Source of the DNA: Zygnema circumcarinatum SAG 698-1b
Taxonomy: Eukaryota > Plantae > Zygnematophyceae
Direction: 5' to 3'
Assembly (NCBI GenBank): GCA_037447605.1
Contig: CM074818.1
Span: 942,617-1,006,616, forward strand
Length of the DNA stretch: 64,000 nucleotides
The notes under the pieces are model-generated. The model did no database searches. It was not told the origin of the DNA and saw nothing but the letters and a program-made list of their open reading frames with translations. Below, in pieces: positions 61,601 to 64,000 of the stretch. A program made the position numbers and the translations under genes. Each line of letters opens with the position of its first letter. Within the stretch, counting starts at the first letter, position 1.

Positions 61601-62003
61601 TCACCGCTGCGTTGTGCCTCCATAGGTCCATGGCGTCGGGAAACATCTTCTTTGAGTATGCATCTGACGCGGGTCCTCCTCCTCCTCTCCCCCCCCCTCC
61701 TCCTCCTCCTCCCTGCTCTCCCGCTGCTCCTCTCTCGTCCCCTCCCATCTCCCCACCTTCAGGCATGCTCTGTCGGCCATAGCCCTGCTGCTTCTGAGCA
61801 GAAGAGATCTCCCTCCCAAGGCTCCCTCCTACCCCTCTCCCGCTCCCTCTCCCTCTCCCTCTCCCTCCCTCTCCCGCCAGACCCAGCGCCGCCCAAGGCC
61901 CGCCGGCCGCGTCAGCCTGCAGGTCCTCGCTGTCCATGTCCCCGTTCAACTGCCCGCCCGCAGCGCTCGACTGCCATCTGTCCGCGATTCCGCTCAAGGG
62001 CAT
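51939..62003 (-). CDS. B4 Raf-like MAPKKK (PB1 domain plus kinase; PRAF/HCR1-like), 9 exons, ~2363 aa
   Basis: Exons 62003-60804, 60235-55292, 54888-54787, 54589-54437, 53779-53616, 53310-53163, 52805-52683, 52441-52354, 52108-51939 (7092 nt). PB1: [29 protein letters not shown]|[25 protein letters not shown]. Kinase: [69 protein letters not shown]. Confidence 0.93.
53010..53121. repeat. 15-bp AATCTTC(C/A)AAACCCT minisatellite, Raf intron 6
   Basis: About 7 copies, read directly. Confidence 0.88.
54045..54416. repeat. CT/CCCT polypyrimidine tract, Raf intron 4
   Basis: Read directly. Confidence 0.9.
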
Positions 62004-63420
62004 CGCCCCTGTCTCCCTCTCAATCCCTCTCACCCACTAACCCACCTCCCTCCCGTTCTCCCTGGTCTCTCCTTTCCCACCGCTTCCCTTCCCTCTCCCT
62101 CCCTCCCTCCCTCTCCCTCCCTCTCCCTCNNNNNNNNNNCGACATGAGATCACGATACGTGATCTCTCGATGCACCACCATGATCCTCGTCTCCCCGCCC
62201 ACATATCGCAGTTTCCCATCCCCCGGCTTCGGAACAATCAAACCTCCATAACTGCATAGCAGCTTGATTCGCGGCCTCGCCCTCTCCGTCAAGCTTTTTG
62301 CCGCCCGTCGCTGCTGAGGATTTAGGGTTGGGGGATCCAAAAAGTCGCCGCTTGTGAGAGCTGATTCGTCCTCATCCTCACTCTCTCCCGCACCTCCTCC
62401 TCCTCCTCCGCTGCTCTCATCCGAGTCAGTCTCTCCGTGGTCGACTAACCTAAAGATGCCCCCCCTTCCTGCACCCGCTCCCGCCCCGCTGAACCCTAAA
62501 CCCGTTGCAGGAGCAGCACCGCTCTCCTTCTCCAAGGCTTTCCTCGACTGCTCTGCCTTCACATCGCCGGAATTTCGAAAAATATCGTCAATTCCACGGG
62601 TCATGTCCTCCGTCACTCCTGCATCTTTCCTCACATCGTCGCTCGTTCCTGCCCTAACTTTTGGACCCGCGTTCCATGCAGCTACATCCGTTCTGTTTCC
62701 GTTCCGTTCCGTTCCCAGCCACACAGCACCCCCTCCCGAATCAAAGGTCCGCAAAAACCTCTCCTCCACCTGCTCCTCCTCCTCCGCCCCTCTCCCTCTC
62801 CCTCTCCCACCCTCCCTCTCTCCAGTAGGGTTCCCATCACTTATGTGCGGTAGGGTCTCCTTCCCCTGCTGCTGCTCCATTGCAGTCTGATTCACCGCTG
62901 CGTTGTGCCTCCATAGGTCCATGGCGTCGGGAAACATCTTCTTTGAGTATGCATCTGACGCGGGTCCTCCTCCTCCTCTCCCCCCCCCTCCTCCTCCTCC
63001 TCCCTGCTCTCCCGCTGCTCCTCTCTCGTCCCCTCCCATCTCCCCACCTTCAGGCATGCTCTGTCGGCCATAGCCCTGCTGCTTCTGAGCAGAAGAGATC
63101 TCCCTCCCAAGGCTCCCTCCTACCCCTCTCCCGCTCCCTCTCCCTCTCCCTCTCCCTCCCTCTCCCGCCAGACCCAGCGCCGCCCAAGGCCCGCCGGCCG
63201 CGTCAGCCTGCAGGTCCTCGCTGTCCATGTCCCCGTTCAACTGCCCGCCCGCAGCGCTCGACTGCCATCTGTCCGCGATTCCGCTCAAGGGCATCGCCCC
63301 TGTCTCCCTCTCAATCCCTCTCACCCACTAACCCACCTCCCTCCCGTTCTCCCTGGTCTCTCCTTTCCCACCGCTTCCCTTCCCTCTCCCTCCCTCCCTC
63401 CCTCTCCCTCCCTCTCCCTC
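60849..63420. repeat. 1281-bp direct duplication of most of Raf exon 1 (60849-62129 = 62140-63420), probably an assembly artefact
   Basis: Both copies translate identically in the ORF track (offset 1291). Each ends at the same base and is followed by a 10-N gap. Confidence 0.85.
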
Positions 63421-63862
63421 NNNNNNNNNNTCCCTCTCCCTCCCTCCCTCCCTCTCCCTCCCTCTCCCTCTCCCTCTCCCTCTCCCTCCCTCTCCCTCCC
63501 CTCCTCCCTCCCTCTCCCTCCCTCCCTCCCTCTCCCTCTCTCTTTCCCTCTCCCGCTCCCTCCCGCTCCCTCCCGCTCCCTCCCTCTACGATGGATGATG
63601 TCCCTGCAAGCCCCCCATGGCTGCCATCCGCGCACCTACATCTCCCTGTCCGCGTATACCCCCTTTGTACCCAAACTTCCTCGCGCGCCAGCAAACCGCC
63701 CTCGCTGCTCGAACCAGGCTTCAAACCTTGGAAGCGCCAGGTTCGTGTCAGGCCCGGACGCGCCTCGAACATTCGCCGTACCTAGCCCGCACCTATTCCG
63801 AACCTTTGAAAAAATTTGGCTCGAAACTTGCACCTAACGCGCCGCGAATCCGGGCGTCCGCC

Positions 63863-63982
63863 CACGTGGCTGTCGGTTGCCACGTGGAAGGCGCTCGCTA
63901 GCCCTCGGCCGCCAGCTCTGCGGTGTGGTCTGAGGGTGGGCGACGCGGCACTGGGCCTCGAGAGGGCCGGGTGGGACACGTG
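63863..63982 (-). promoter_or_regulatory. Three G-box/ABRE-like CACGTG sites upstream of the B4 Raf gene
   Basis: CACGTG at 63863, 63881 and 63977. Weak evidence, because CACGTG is abundant across the whole window. Confidence 0.3.
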
Positions 63983-64000
63983 GTCAGCCCCCATTGGTTT

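Noticed and set aside
63311-63772. 153-aa upstream ORF ending 17 nt before the Raf ATG
   Set aside because: It crosses a 10-N gap of unknown true size and a GA tract, so frame and length are unsupported.

Overview
Eukaryotic, intron-rich genomic DNA, most consistent with a streptophyte green alga. This is an inference from the plant-type gene families, GT-AG introns, G-rich acceptors and introns filled with microsatellite or telomere-like repeats. I hand-built seven spliced gene models, checking exon phases junction by junction: ARP9-like nuclear actin-related protein (+, 2224-14235); an orphan low-complexity gene (+, 16790-23405, tentative); ABHD11-like alpha/beta hydrolase (-, 25636-27862); CTR1-clade B3 Raf-like kinase (+, 29515-38758); ASNSD1-like protein (-, 39085-46153); a secreted PAN-like plus root-cap/VWD-like protein (-, 47878-49726); and a very large PB1-domain B4 Raf-like kinase (-, 51939-62003). 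Most ORF-track entries are repeat read-throughs. Eight 10-N gaps are present, and one 1281-bp block is duplicated between gaps (probable scaffolding artefact). The most notable non-gene structure: a 2.9-kb (CCCCTAG)n array that appears to supply a splice acceptor; triplicated ARP9 exons; a TIR-bounded MITE-like element; a ~31-bp-stem hairpin in the ABHD11/CTR1 divergent promoter; a shared palindromic upstream element; G-box palindromes sitting directly on 3' splice sites; and exons bracketed by oppositely oriented telomere-like arrays. No CRISPR, rRNA or tRNA was recognised.
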